A stretch of 64,000 nucleotides of DNA from Octopus vulgaris (GCA_951406725.2 OX597824.1:39742001-39806000); one strand, 5' to 3'; numbered from the stretch's first letter, positions 14,672 through 27,780 are shown. Numbers and translations are program-made. Notes: generated by a model from the sequence alone, not told the origin.

Positions 14672-16904
14672 CTGTATATTTACATATCTATGTATATATT
14701 TATATATGTATATGTATATTTATATTTATATGTAAATATATATATATATGTGTGTGTGTGTGTGCATGCATTCATGCATACATGTATGTATGTATATATG
14801 TATGTATGTACGTATAAGAAGAATTTTAATCTGTTGATATCCAGCCTTCGGCTCGAAACATCATTTAGCAGCTTTCAAAGAGATAGGTAACATCACAGAC
14901 TTATATAATGAGCCCAGAGAAATAGGCTTAAGATCAATCCTAATGTACATCGTAGTGTTATTATGAGAATTACTTGCTGAACAAAAATAACAAAATCGTA
15001 TCCACCAACTAAAAGCCTTAAAACTGGATCCCCAGTTTTTTTGTTTTTGTTTTTCTTTCTACTTTTGAACGAAATTATCACACTGGGCAATTTGACGTCC
15101 ATTGCAGTGGATAACGCTTCCCTCTTTAGTTTTTCCCCCGCTAATGCAAACCTTTCTGGTTTGATACTTTTAACATTACCATAAAATGTTTATGGCATAT
15201 TCAATCTATATTTCTTGTTTTAAAGGGTTTAGATGTGCTAAATGCCATAAATACCATATAAACTTAAATAGAAACCCTTCACATAAATGACGTTGCATAT
15301 TGTTTTATCAACAGCGTCAGGTTACCTTGAAGATGTTCTGGATCACTGATGATCCCAAGTTTAATGTATCTCATAGTCAGGGCAATTTTCAGTGACATCA
15401 TGTTGAGTTACGTTTCGCTTTTTGCATTCTGCAACAGGTAGTCTTTTGTTATCTCTTCTCCATATATTGCAGTAGTATAACCTTCAAAATATGACGTGGT
15501 GTAGTAGCCTGTTCCAAGAACAGTTACACATCTTGCTAAATATTAACATCGGTCTTAAGTATTCGGGAAACATACCCATGCATAGATTGCTATATTTCAC
15601 CTACTAACTTTCCGTTCGCGTTGGTTCATAAGATGATGGAATGAATGGTAGGAACAATAAGGAAATGTTATTTTCTGCCATGGAAGTTAACTGCTAGATG
15701 TGTGTGTAAATTTCCATTAAACATAGTTAGAAAAGAAACATTTATGATTAAGTATATAGATTAAGTATATACATGTTGTCTGGCAACAATTAATATTTAT
15801 ATTTGTAACTATAAATATCCGTGTATATTATTATGTGAATAAATTTCTTTTTAAAACAGGATTGTTGTGTTCAGCAAAAAAAGATCATTTAACAGCTGTT
15901 CTGCAAATTCTATTTAAAAGTTAAACAGTAAAAATATGGTAGTTTTATTTTATTTATACTTTTTTTGGAGGGGGGACATGCAAAACTTATTTCTTTAATA
16001 TTGCGTAATCTATATTCCAATTATGTAGTCTTGTTTGTAACAAACCACCCACATCGTTATATAAAACTAATACATCCTTATAAAAAATTTATAATGCTGA
16101 TACAGCATACATACATACCTGAATACATGCATACATACATACACACATAATACATACATACATACAAGGAACTAATGCTACTACAGCTTATATAAAGACC
16201 ATTCACCGGGTTTTTCTAATAATTTGTAAACCCGGTGAATTAGCTTCAATTATCTTGTTAACATTGAACATTAAGAAAGATTAATTGTATTAAGGCTACG
16301 TGGAGCTATTAATTCTATGCATCATTGCTGCCGAATCAATGCGAATCACTTTAAAGAGCCCAAATCCTATAGGAACGTACAGAAGGGTCATTTCTGAAAA
16401 CTGAGAAACGATATCACGGACGCGTTTACATCATCGTAAATACGAGTTATTGATAACTTTTATCTTCGCTCGCCTTGTACGCACTTCAGTATCTTCTCGA
16501 AATATCAACTTTGTAAAATCTTCACTCGACACCGGCGACACTCTCATACATGATGGCTATGTAATATGCTAATGAGAAGTTGTTGAATCCTTTAATACTA
16601 TATAATTAAGTAAATGATTCTCTCATGTAAACTGGCTTCTTTTAAAAGTTAAAACTTCAATAAGAGCTTATACTTCATCAGTTTCGCATCGATCTGTATG
16701 CAGAAAATTATGATTGATTTTGTGAAATATACACAGATCAACACGCACTCAAGAATTTGATGAACACAATTCGTTTGTGAACGACACTAACGATTCAATC
16801 AGTCCGCAGGTATGTATTTATAATAATTAGTTATTTTCTTTTTAGATTTAGACACGAGACCAGCAATTTCCTGGGAAGATAGCCGATTATATCACATCCC
16901 ATAA

Positions 16905-17135
16905 GGCGGCGAGCTGGCAGAAACGTTAGCGCGCCGGGCGGAATGCTTTGCGGTATTTCGTCTGTCGTTACGTTCTGACTTCAAATTCCGCTGAGGTCGA
17001 CTTTGCCTTTCATCCTTTCGGGGTCGATAAAGAAAGTACCAATTTCGCACTGGGATCGATGTAATCGACTTAATCCGTTTGTCTGCCCTTGTTTGTCTCC
17101 TCTATGTTTAGCCCCTTGTGGTTAGTAAAGAAATA
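16905..17135 (+). mobile_element. tRNA-derived SINE family A, full length, with 14-bp target site duplication
   Basis: A-box-like tggcagaaacgttag, B-box-like ttcaaattc, central ggtcgactttgcctttcatcctttcggggtcgataaa. TSD tatatcacatccca at 16888-16901 and 17136-17149. Confidence 0.9.
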
Positions 17136-17946
17136 TATATCACATCCCAACATTTGACTGGTTCTTTATTTTATCGAACCTGGATGGATGAAATTAAAAT
17201 AGGCTTTCGCAGAATTAGAACCCACAACGTAAACAGCTGAAGGAAATATCGCAACGCATTTGTATCCAGCCTTCTAATGATTGTCAGGTTAATGCTATCT
17301 TTTATAATAATAATAAAAACAATTTCTTTCATAGATGATATAAGACTCCAAGAAACAGAAGATAAAAACTTTGATTGTATAAAGCACATTGCAATTAAAT
17401 ACTTTATTGAACCAGCGAGGTAAGTCAGATTCCACTCTGTCAGAATTTTCTATGTGGATACGAGAAACTAAATATACGAGGGCGTTTTATCCGGTTTCTT
17501 ATTATGTCTGCTACATTCTCGCTTTTGTTGAGATATTAACAGTAAGGCTATCATAAGCAATACCAGAAATATGTGTGTGTGTGTACAAATACACTCACAC
17601 ACACACACATATATACTGTTAATGTGTGTGTGTCTGTGCATATATATATATATATATATAATGCATTGATTTAACAATACAGACTATTATCAGGATTGGT
17701 GGCTATTTCAGTTTTATTGATCTGATTGATCTTATTAATGGCGATTAAGAATACACCTTCTGTTCCTAAAATAACCTAGTGATTCCAATTTTCTATTTTC
17801 TTAGAGGAGTGTCTTGGAAATGATTACAAGAATAAACACATAGATACACACATGGACGTATGCACAGGCACAACACAAATATTGATGTTTATGTGAGGGG
17901 GTGCATGCCTGTATACACACATATACGCACACATAAACATTGAGAA

Positions 17947-18014
<68 letters not shown>

Positions 18015-18159
18015 AATATTTTGGACTAATGGGTATATGTTGATTAGTGTGTTAATGTGTTGAATTGGGACAGTAGCAGGATGGGTCGAAAAGATTATCC
18101 GTACAACATAAGAACTAATCACAAGTCCCTCTTCTGGTTACTTAATCAATTATATATAT

Positions 18160-18690
18160 ATTGCTACATTTCAGGATGGTTATTTTTTATATTTATACCT
18201 TTTGCCAAATAAACACACGCAATATATATATATATATTGCGTCCTTTTTAACTTATTTATTACTGTTCTTATTTTAAATGGTGTCCATTGTTCGCAAATC
18301 TTTCGTCACACATCTGTGACCGCTTCCGTGACATTTTCCGTTCTCCTATATACTGCTGCTTCGTTCAGCCCATTCTGTCTTTCTATGTGTGTGTGAGTGT
18401 GTGCGCGCGCGTGCGAGTATGCCATACACAGAAGCACACACACAGATACAGACGCAAACGCATCATAGGACTAAGCGGAGCAGGATCACACACGAAGATG
18501 GAAAGTGTCGCTGAAGAGGTAACAGATGTGTGACGAAAGATTTCCAGAAAATGGGCATTAGTTAGAATAAAAACAGTAATAAACGAATGAAAACCCCATA
18601 TATAGTGCACGTGTTTATTTGGCAAAAAAAATGAAATATAACACTATGTTTCACCACAGGGTTTCACATCAGGAATCTTGCAACATAAAT
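18160..18690. mobile_element. Fold-back element (head-to-head inverted pLTR-like arms) with hammerhead motifs
   Basis: Arms about 18199-18371 and 18468-18627 are reverse complements; ORFs 18202+ and 18383- translate to similar strings. TA-rich flanks. Confidence 0.7.
18508..18547 (+). ncRNA. Hammerhead motif (right arm); degenerate mirror copy on minus strand at 18292-18331
   Basis: tcg-CTGAAGA-G-GTAACA(gatg)TGTGAC-GAAA-GATT-TC-cag. The mirror copy has a perfect stem II GTCACA/TGTGAC but a mutated CUGA box. AATAAA signals lie downstream. Confidence 0.62.
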
Positions 18691-18698
18691 TCATAAAC

Positions 18699-18741
<43 letters not shown>

Positions 18742-18770
18742 AATAGGTAGCAAGGTTGCCCGGGTATCAA

Positions 18771-18858
18771 TGAATTACTGCTGTTTCAAGCGGCTCCATT
18801 TAATTAATCAATGTAAACATTAACGTCAGTTTGAAAGAAACCGCTCTCCTCAGATTCA
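18771..18858 (-). ncRNA. Hammerhead ribozyme motif, intact core, extended stem II
   Basis: Minus strand: TGAAT-CTGAGGA-GAGCGG...CCGCTT-GAAA-CAGCAG-TA-ATTCA. 5-bp stem I (UGAAU/AUUCA), about 59-nt stem II, GUA site. Confidence 0.75.
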
Positions 18859-19060
18859 GACGACCATATAGATTTCCAATATAAAGAATGGACCATTTTT
18901 TAGCACAATTTACATTAGCATTAGAAACCAAAACTCATACATTGCTTCCCTGCTACAAGCATATCAAAAGAAAGCAATGCAAGTGTTTTAGTTTTTAGTA
19001 CTGATTAAATTGTACTAAAAAATGGGTTATCCTTTATATTGGAAACTTATATGATCGTCT

Positions 19061-19144
19061 ACGTCTGAAGAGAGCAGTCTCCTTTAAACTGATGCAATGT
19101 TTGCATTGATCGATTAAATGGACCCGCTTGAATTTCCCGTCAGG
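19061..19144 (+). ncRNA. Degenerate hammerhead motif (mirror arm)
   Basis: CTGAAGA-GAGCAG...CCGCTT-GAAT-TTCCC-GTC; GAAA is mutated to GAAT. Confidence 0.55.
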
Positions 19145-19289
19145 AATCAAAGAAATTTTATCTTCGAAAACTGCATGATGATTATCATCGATAGTCAAAG
19201 AACAGCAGTATAAAATTGGGCAGTTGAGAAAATTAAAGTCAATCGCACATGTTCTTTGGATTCCCCAAAAGCATAAGGTCGCTGTTTCA

Positions 19290-20070
19290 TCTTTTGGGCC
19301 GTTGAAGGGTGATGATTGTACTCCGCATAGTGGTGCAGAAGACATGGTTGAGATTCTGCAGAAGCAATACAGCTCCACTTTCAACAATCTCAGTGTGGTT
19401 AATCCTGACAGCATCGGTGAAGCAAACCCGCAGCACACATCTGATATCATAGCACCTCGGGTATCCAAACAGGTATTAGCAAAATTACAAACAAATGAGC
19501 TGAAGGCGCCGTCAGATTATCCGCTAGAGTCCTGAAGTAGTGCCGTCATCAACTGGCATTCCCTTTGGCTATTTTCTGGAGGAAATCACTGGCCGCTGGC
19601 CATATTCCTGAAAATTTCAGGTCCCAGACGATTGTCCGAGCTTCCGAAAAGGGCAACAAATCTTTGACAGTGAATTACCGACCGATCTTACTTATCTCTC
19701 ATATTATTTGGGAGAGTGGTGAGAACACAAGTTACTTACTTTCTGTAATGTGTCAGCACATTTATTCCCAAACAGCATAGATTCCGCAGTAGCAGGGACT
19801 ACCTTACGCAGCTCTGCATCTTTTTGATGACATCCTAAAGGCTCTGGGCGAGGGCTAAAATGCAAATATCATTTATCTCATCTTCAGCAAGGCCTTCGAC
19901 AAGGCTGATCATAGGAGCTTATTAAAGAAATTATCGAACACTGGTGTCCGAGGTAAACAATTAAATTGGATTAATTTTTTCCTGGAGAACAGAATCCCGC
20001 ATATGGTGATCCATGGTGTTCGATCAAACTCGGCAAGAGTCATCAGTAGAGTTCTGTCAATTTCCAAGTA
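19290..20070 (+). pseudogene. Decayed CR1/L2-group LINE reverse transcriptase fragment
   Basis: NYRPILLISHII (about 19673-19710) and ANIIYLIFSKAFDKADH (about 19862-19912) match the RT motifs of the 44526-45785 ORF. Multiple stops and frameshifts. Confidence 0.8.
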
Positions 20071-20072
20071 AA

Positions 20073-20455
20073 CTTATCTTCGCCTTCTTGATGCGTGTTT
20101 TTGTGTTGTCTCTCTCTTCTTTCTTTTTCTCTTTTCAAAAAAGATATTTCTTCCTGCGTTCACTATTTTCCTCTCGTTTTGGTCTAACGAGCTCCATGTT
20201 TGCCTCGTTCGGTAACCTTGTATATAACAACTGTCAAGTTTTTGTTCCCTAGATTTTATTTTAGGATTTATGAGAGCAACTGTCTTTGAAGACTTATATT
20301 GTCCTTGAATGCTCGAAATGGGGAGTGGATAGAGAGCCGAAAACTGATGAAGGGTCCTTTCTCTGTTTTTACTTGTCCAGTTTTCTTTTTTGTCGTTGTT
20401 TGCGTATTTCATGTTATTTGCACCGTTGGTAACGTCCTGTTCCCATATATGCATA
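20073..20455 (+). mobile_element. T-rich pLTR-like repeat remnant ending at a TA microsatellite
   Basis: Shares the layout GAAA...CTGATGAAGGG..., T-rich tail and gtcctgt terminus with the minus-strand element at 37982-38210. Confidence 0.45.
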
Positions 20456-20469
20456 TATCCATATATATT

Positions 20470-20532
<63 letters not shown>

Positions 20533-20617
20533 CTCATTTTTTATTATTTAACTGAACTCGATGCATCCATTTCCAATTAAGTTTATGTATATATGTATGT
20601 ATGTATGCATGTATGTA

Positions 20618-20663
<46 letters not shown>

Positions 20664-21332
20664 TATATATATTTATATGCACATACATATATGTGTATAA
20701 TTATATATATATATTTATAAAAGTACATAAATGCATACATACATACATTTGAACTTGATATATCCGCTGAAGTTTTTTCAGATGGATCAATCGGTCACAA
20801 AGAAACGGTAAATTGTCATTAAACCACTCCATTACATTGACTCATTATACAAACAAATTACATTTTCGAAGCTTGGCATTAAGAAAAAAAATTATAAGTC
20901 TCTTTGGTTAAGATATGAAAGTAACGTTGTTACTTCTCGTAAAACCAGTTTTATTTGTCAACGGTTGGGGATAAATATATGCTATGTCAAAAATACCGAG
21001 AAATCTCTCAAATGCATATGATAGTTTGTTTTTTTTTGTATTTTTGTTCTTGGTTTTAAGCTGTTAATTGACTTTTACTATTATATAGAGGTTCTTTAGT
21101 CAGTCTTAAACTAATAGTATCAAAGAGGCAAATGAACTGAAACATCTTCAAAGATTGGCTTACTCTGCTGAAAGCCGTTAATATAAAACGACCATAATTA
21201 ACCATATTATGTTTTCTTATGTTTTCTAAAAACAAAAAAAAATCATTTTATTACAGTTCCGTTTGAAAATCATTGAATTGTGGTCAACATTCAGTGTAGA
21301 TGAGACAACTTCCTACGGCAAACATTAGTTTA

Positions 21333-21391
21333 TATAAATTCCGTATTTCACACGAAGAATCAAATCAAATACAAAAACGAAATATGTATAC

Positions 21392-21440
<49 letters not shown>

Positions 21441-21486
21441 TGTATGTATATATATATACACACACATATATGTCTATATATATATA

Positions 21487-21551
<65 letters not shown>

Positions 21552-21552
21552 G

Positions 21553-21584
<32 letters not shown>

Positions 21585-21804
21585 GAAGAAATGAGGTAAT
21601 CAGAAGATCGGATGGTTCATATTTATAGATATTTATTTATAGACATTTTTTACATATATATATCATATCATTCAGATCGTATCATTCAGATTATTAGCGC
21701 TTTCTCCCATTCTAGTGGGATTTTCAAATCAAATTCAAATATATATATATAAATTCCGTATTTCACATGAAGAATCAAATCAAATACAAAAGCGAAATAT
21801 GTAT

Positions 21805-21806
<2 letters not shown>
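21333..21806 (+). repeat. Direct repeat of about 58 bp (21333-21390 and 21749-21806), each followed by (TA)n
   Basis: tataaattccgtatttcacaYgaagaatcaaatcaaatacaaaaRcgaaatatgtata occurs twice. Confidence 0.85.
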
Positions 21807-21864
<58 letters not shown>

Positions 21865-21869
<5 letters not shown>

Positions 21870-21945
21870 GAGGTTTAGTAAAAGTGTAGCAAAGTAAATG
21901 GCAGTGGTCCTGCATGGCCACAGTCCTTTGACTGAAACTTAACAG

Positions 21946-22023
<78 letters not shown>

Positions 22024-22185
22024 ATATATACATAAATATATACATATATATACATATATACATACATACATATATATACATATATACATACATACATATA
22101 TATACATATATACATACATACATATATATATGTATATATATATATATGTATGTATGTATATATGTATATATATGTATATATGTAT

Positions 22186-22264
<79 letters not shown>

Positions 22265-22345
22265 CTGTTAAGTTTCAGTCAAAGGACTGTGGCCATGCAG
22301 GACCACTGCCATTTACTTTGCTACACTTTTACTAAACCTCCTCTG
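21865..22345. repeat. Perfect inverted duplication of about 84 bp flanking a TA-rich microsatellite
   Basis: 21865-21948 is the exact reverse complement of 22262-22345. Confidence 0.9.
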
Positions 22346-22620
22346 ATATGCGACATTTAGTGGAAGAGGCAGTTTGACGTCGCTGCCCACATCTGTGTTT
22401 CTGGTCTTGAGGTAAGTTCATCCGGAACTGTTGACAAAAGGAGATCCAGTTTTTGTTTTGAAAAAGCCTGCATCCACGCCATGCAGGTCTCTCGAGCTTT
22501 GTGAGAAAATATTGAGGAGCTGTGGACCTTTGAACCCAAGATTTTGCAGCATCTAGTCTTGTATTCTGATGGCAATGTTGCGATATTTTGTCACTATGCA
22601 GTGGCGTTCCGTCTTACTGT
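22262..22620 (-). mobile_element. 3' end of a CR1/L2-group LINE
   Basis: KLDLLLSTVPDE matches KLDLFLSRVPD at the end of ORF 44526-45785, followed by the same style of 3' tail (gcatggccacagtc...gactgaaac). Confidence 0.8.
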
Positions 22621-23607
22621 TTACGTAACTGACAAGTCTTCGTCTATTGAAATATCTGAACCTTTAAAATGAAGCTGATTTTAAAGTAATATCTCAACCA
22701 AAAGGTTTCTTAAATAAAAATATTAATTCACTGTGGTTTCATTTTATTATGTGGACAATTTCAATTCAATCGTCGTAATATTGAATACATCTTAAAATAT
22801 TCAACCTCAATATTTTCCATATCTTAAATAATAACTATTGATTTTTCAGACATCAAAAGAAATAACTCTATTTCTCCATCTCGAACAACTAAATAGCAAG
22901 ACAGAAGGCTCCTAGCAACGCTTCCCTAATGGATGAGTTTTATTTAGCATCGAATTTTTTTCCACAAAAACCGTATTTATTTTGTGCTTTCTTAAACTTT
23001 ACTCCATTCTTCTGTGGTTTACAAGTTGAGTTTATTTCCGATAACAAACCAGTTAGATTATCAGAAACTAAGAAACTCCTGCTTCAAAATAGTCTTGTTC
23101 TAGTGAGAATCGTAAAATCATGAACGCTAATAAAACTTAACAATGAAACAAAAAATGCGTGAACAACATATATTTATAGCTCGACAAAGAAGAATGATAT
23201 GAAACGTAAAATTTATTGAAATGCGAAGAAAGTTAAATATATAAATAAGCGAAGAAAAGAATTATCTATACCGATGTATTAATTATGAATACTGGTAATT
23301 AATGAAAATAAATGAATAGGCACAGGCAGCATAATTGAGAAAGTGCCCAATCGTATCTATCACACCTCCGATACAATTCTGTATACCAGACAAAGCCATT
23401 CCTTTTCTCCATATCTTTAAGCTATAAAATAGGAACAATAAAGACGTACATTTAGTCGTTATAATCAGTAAGTGAATTAGATATTTAAACAAGAACATTT
23501 ACTAGTTTATAATTATGTAATAACTTACTTAATTTCAACTATTGACAGTACAATCTTTGTTGTCATTCTATCAAATAAGATAATACGATAATACTATTGT
23601 CTGTGAA

Positions 23608-23940
23608 GGCGCGTGGCTTAGTGATTAGGGTATTCGGCTCACGATCGAATAATAGTGAGTTCAATTTCCGGCGACGCGTTGTTTCTCTGAGCCAGACACT
23701 TTATTTCACGTTGTTCCAGTTCACTCAGCTGACAAAAATGAGTAGTATTCACTGTATTCACTGATTTCACTGGATCTGGGTTTGTTACACTCTGTGTCAC
23801 GCTGAATCTCGCTGAGAACTACATTAAGTGTACACGTGTATGTGGAGCGCTTAGTCACATGCACGTTAATTTCAGAAGCAGGCTGTTCCGTTGATCGGAT
23901 CAACGGGAACCCTCGTCGTCGTAACTGACAGAGTGCCAGT
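23608..23940 (+). mobile_element. tRNA-derived SINE, family B head with an alternative tail
   Basis: ggcgcgtggcttagtg A-box, gagttcaattt B-box, then gacactttatttcacgttg..ccagttcactcagctg as in 27781 and 47604. Confidence 0.85.
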
Positions 23941-23949
23941 TATTATTGG

Positions 23950-23986
<37 letters not shown>

Positions 23987-24460
23987 TTTTATTAAGAAAA
24001 TCGCTTTACAGCCTTGTGAATCATGATTTCACATTTGATCACACTGCATATCACGTTGGTAAAGCGTTGCATTTTACTTTTGCCTTGAACTGACTAATAC
24101 CTTTCGAACTAAATTTGATGGACAACAATTGTACGCAAGGCAGATGTGTATACATAAATACATTTATAAATACGGCAAAAAGAATAATCTTTAAATTTAC
24201 TCGTAGTTGGTTTCACAAGTAACAAAAAAAAAGAAACAGATTAAAACTTTAATTTAATTAACAACCAGCTAATTAGCAAACACAGACAGGTGAACAAGTA
24301 TAAGCCATATACTGCACCCTGTTTGGTGAATAGAAATATAAGGTCAGACGAAAATCGAAGTGGCATCATGAAACTGAACATGCGATAAAATATTCAGTTA
24401 TACACCCACACACACTTATATACATACATACATATATACATACATACATACATACACACA

Positions 24461-24494
<34 letters not shown>

Positions 24495-24495
24495 C

Positions 24496-24531
<36 letters not shown>

Positions 24532-24633
24532 GTGTGTATATATGGGGAGGCAGACAGAGATCGACAAAGACAGAGCCAGACAGGGACGGATAATTGATGA
24601 ATAGATTTATAGATATGCATAAAATATATATAC

Positions 24634-24634
<1 letters not shown>

Positions 24635-24719
<85 letters not shown>

Positions 24720-24760
24720 CATGGATAGATACATAGATAGACTGATTGATAGAAAGAGAT
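24635..24760. repeat. (GATA)n microsatellite
   Basis: Direct inspection. Confidence 0.95.
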
Positions 24761-25222
24761 AGAGGACATCATACATGTATATATATATATATATTATATA
24801 TATATGTATATATACAATATACATATGTTTATATATTTACATGTGTGTGTGTGCGTGTGTGTGTTAGTTTTGTCGGGCGGCTGCGTATTTTAGGCGGAAG
24901 AGAATAAAATCGAAAGGTTTTTTGTGTAAAAACACCCGAAAGTGCGTCATAGCAAAGTGAGATGATTCACATCAGATCCCTTCTTTTCGGAGCGTACGTG
25001 GCATTGATAAGTTACAACTATGACGAAACATCGATGTCTGTAGCTTCGAGAGAAAGGGATCTGATGTGAGTTGTCTCTCTTGACTATGACCAGCTTTTCA
25101 GTGTTTTTACACCAGGGGCATTGAGAGTATAATCCCGTACGCTTAAAAAATGCAGCCCCTCCCCCCGCCAAACTAACAACAAACACATATGAATACATAT
25201 ATACATTTATATATACAGATAA

Positions 25223-25274
<52 letters not shown>

Positions 25275-25508
25275 TAGGGTAATAAGAAATTATTATTACC
25301 AGTGGCCTAGCACAAAAAAACGAATTAGTCATTAGACTATATATTATTCACATAGAAATACAATAAGAGGCTTCCAAATATGAAAGCTTTGTGCTAGAAA
25401 GAGCAGTAGAAAACTCATGTCACCAAATTTATCCTTATTTGGTGGTTTGAGTTTTCTACTGCTCTTTCTAGCACAAGGCTTTCCTATTTGGAAGCCTTTC
25501 ATTGTATT

Positions 25509-25510
<2 letters not shown>
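25275..25510. mobile_element. Short fold-back of the 3' terminus of the 28.2-kb pLTR-like family
   Basis: Arms 25357-25428 and 25437-25508 are near-perfect reverse complements. The left extension (taccagtggcctag...tagtc.atagactatatatt) matches 28186-28235. Confidence 0.7.
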
Positions 25511-25554
<44 letters not shown>

Positions 25555-27634
25555 TATATACGCTAGATAGACAGATACACACACACATTTGTATATTAAA
25601 CAGCGAGATTAATAAGGGGATAGTAATCCCGGTGAAATACTTCTTAAGCTCCATGCAAATAAAAATACACGAGGCTAACAAAAAAGTATTTTCATCAGTA
25701 TTGTACTTAGGTAATTAAAAATCAAAAGCCATCATCAGTCAAATTTGTAGATCCGTGGTTCCAATACTTAGTTGAGATGGTATGTTTTTACAGAGTGATA
25801 CAAAAAACACAGAAACAATGGGTTATAAACGTTTATTTACTATAGACTTACAGCTATTTCATATATAAGGGAGAAGTTATGGTCTTAAATAACAGATGAA
25901 TAATGGTTCATTTACTACAACTATTACTAAAGAATTTTTTAGCTAATTCTTTTGACTATTACTAATAACGGAACCATGAGGTCACAGAAAATGGTAACTT
26001 TTGGACTGTTTTAAATGTGTAATTCGTGTATATTCACCTAGTGGAAATGGTATTATTGTTTTCACGTGGTGTTCATCAATTAAAATATTCCCTGGAAACA
26101 TTTGTAATGAATGAAACATTTTCCTTTTGTTGTTATTTTTATACATTATTTACCTTATTCTGAACCTCCTATTAGCGTGGATCCAGAGTTCATCTCGTGA
26201 ATTTAGCGACTAAGACGTTGAGTAGTGTATGGATACGTGAACCCCTTAAGACAATTCTCCAAACAAATCTATGTGACATCATTTTTCATGGCTGAACCTT
26301 TCATTCTCATATACAACCCAGAAGGAAAATAAAGAGGGAAGAATTGAGCCCAGTACTGAACAGGTAGTTTATTTAATGACCCTGGAAGAATATTAACCAC
26401 ACTATATTTGAGCGGAATTTTAACTCAGAACACGCGATGAAAACGATATTGCATGGAATTCTGTTCGAAGGCTTTAACTATTCTAGTAATTCGTAGTATT
26501 TGTGCGTTAGTAGAATATCAGAAATGGTTAAATACCGGAATAAATATTTAGAGTATTTAGTTTCGTCCCTCAGCATCTGTTAAGATTTTCGCAGAGAAGT
26601 CTTTATCAGTCTATCATCATTAGTCAATAAAATAAGTAGGATTATTATTTTTAGGTTAATTGAACTACATCCATCCCCTTAAGATTTATGACCATCAGCC
26701 AAAGCTAGAAATTATTTTTTAATAATGTGAAGTGAATTAAATGGCAGTGACAATACGCAGGCGGACATCTGTTGTATAGAGTTACGCTCCTTCATAACCT
26801 GAGTCCCAAAACCGTCGGTGTTCGCTGAATTTTTCATCCTTCCGAGATCACTATAACAAAGTACCAATCAAATACCGAGGTTAATACAATCGAGTGTCCA
26901 TCATCCGATGTGTAAGCCTATGTCTATGTCAGAAACCATTATCATTTAATTGTAGAACCACGACGACTCCTGATAGTTATCAAAATCTAAACTTATTCTT
27001 CGCATTGATACTTATTTTACTTATTTCTTTCTAAACAACCCCGATACTTAAAGTAAAAGTGGAATCATACAGACTGTCTGTGACCTTTGTTTTCAGATTA
27101 TTTGAAAACTCCTTGAAGATGTTGAATCAAATTTCAATACGCTTTTATTTTCCGTCTTCTCGCTGTCAATTTCATTATTGCTATTAACGAAGAACAAATT
27201 TCACATTAAACAAAATAACAATAACCTCAATAACATAAAGAAGTAGACCTTAGGAAATAAGTAATACAATAAAGATCCTTCTAGCAATATTTGAATTGAC
27301 AATTAAGTGGTTAGGCTGTCAACAATATTAAGAAATGCCTTCTTAATATATATTGCATTGTAAGCGTACTGTTCTCATTGTTATTTGAAGCAGGCAATTC
27401 TTGAAATTGAAAATATCACTGTTTCAGTATTGACATCATGTTAAGAATGGCAAAACTAAAGATCAGGTTGTGGGCAAAATATTGCACAAAACCATGAGAG
27501 TGGTGTCAAGTTGCAAAAGGCGTTGTATTTATTTCTTACAAAATTTATATCTGCATTAATGAAGTTTGCCTTGTAAACATTTACTTAAATGATATACACG
27601 AAACTTTTAATTTTTAACGTTGATCTTCTCATGA

Positions 27635-27717
<83 letters not shown>

Positions 27718-27723
27718 TGTGTG

Positions 27724-27776
<53 letters not shown>

Positions 27777-27780
27777 TGAA

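Larger units (their letters stand above)
18740..19200. mobile_element. Fold-back element with about 160-bp inverted arms, each carrying a long-stem-II hammerhead motif
   Basis: 18785-18947 is the imperfect reverse complement of 18972-19132, with a 24-nt spacer. The left side abuts (TA)n. Confidence 0.75.

Noticed and set aside
14831-14866. CTGTTGA...AGCC/GGCT-C-GAAA as a hammerhead
   Set aside because: Non-canonical core, 5-nt unpaired insert, and no convincing stems I or III.
16201-16240. 13-bp perfect hairpin containing TCACCGGG (miR-36-like seed)
   Set aside because: The stem is too short, the seed is on the 5' arm on either strand, and the rest does not resemble the mature miRNA.
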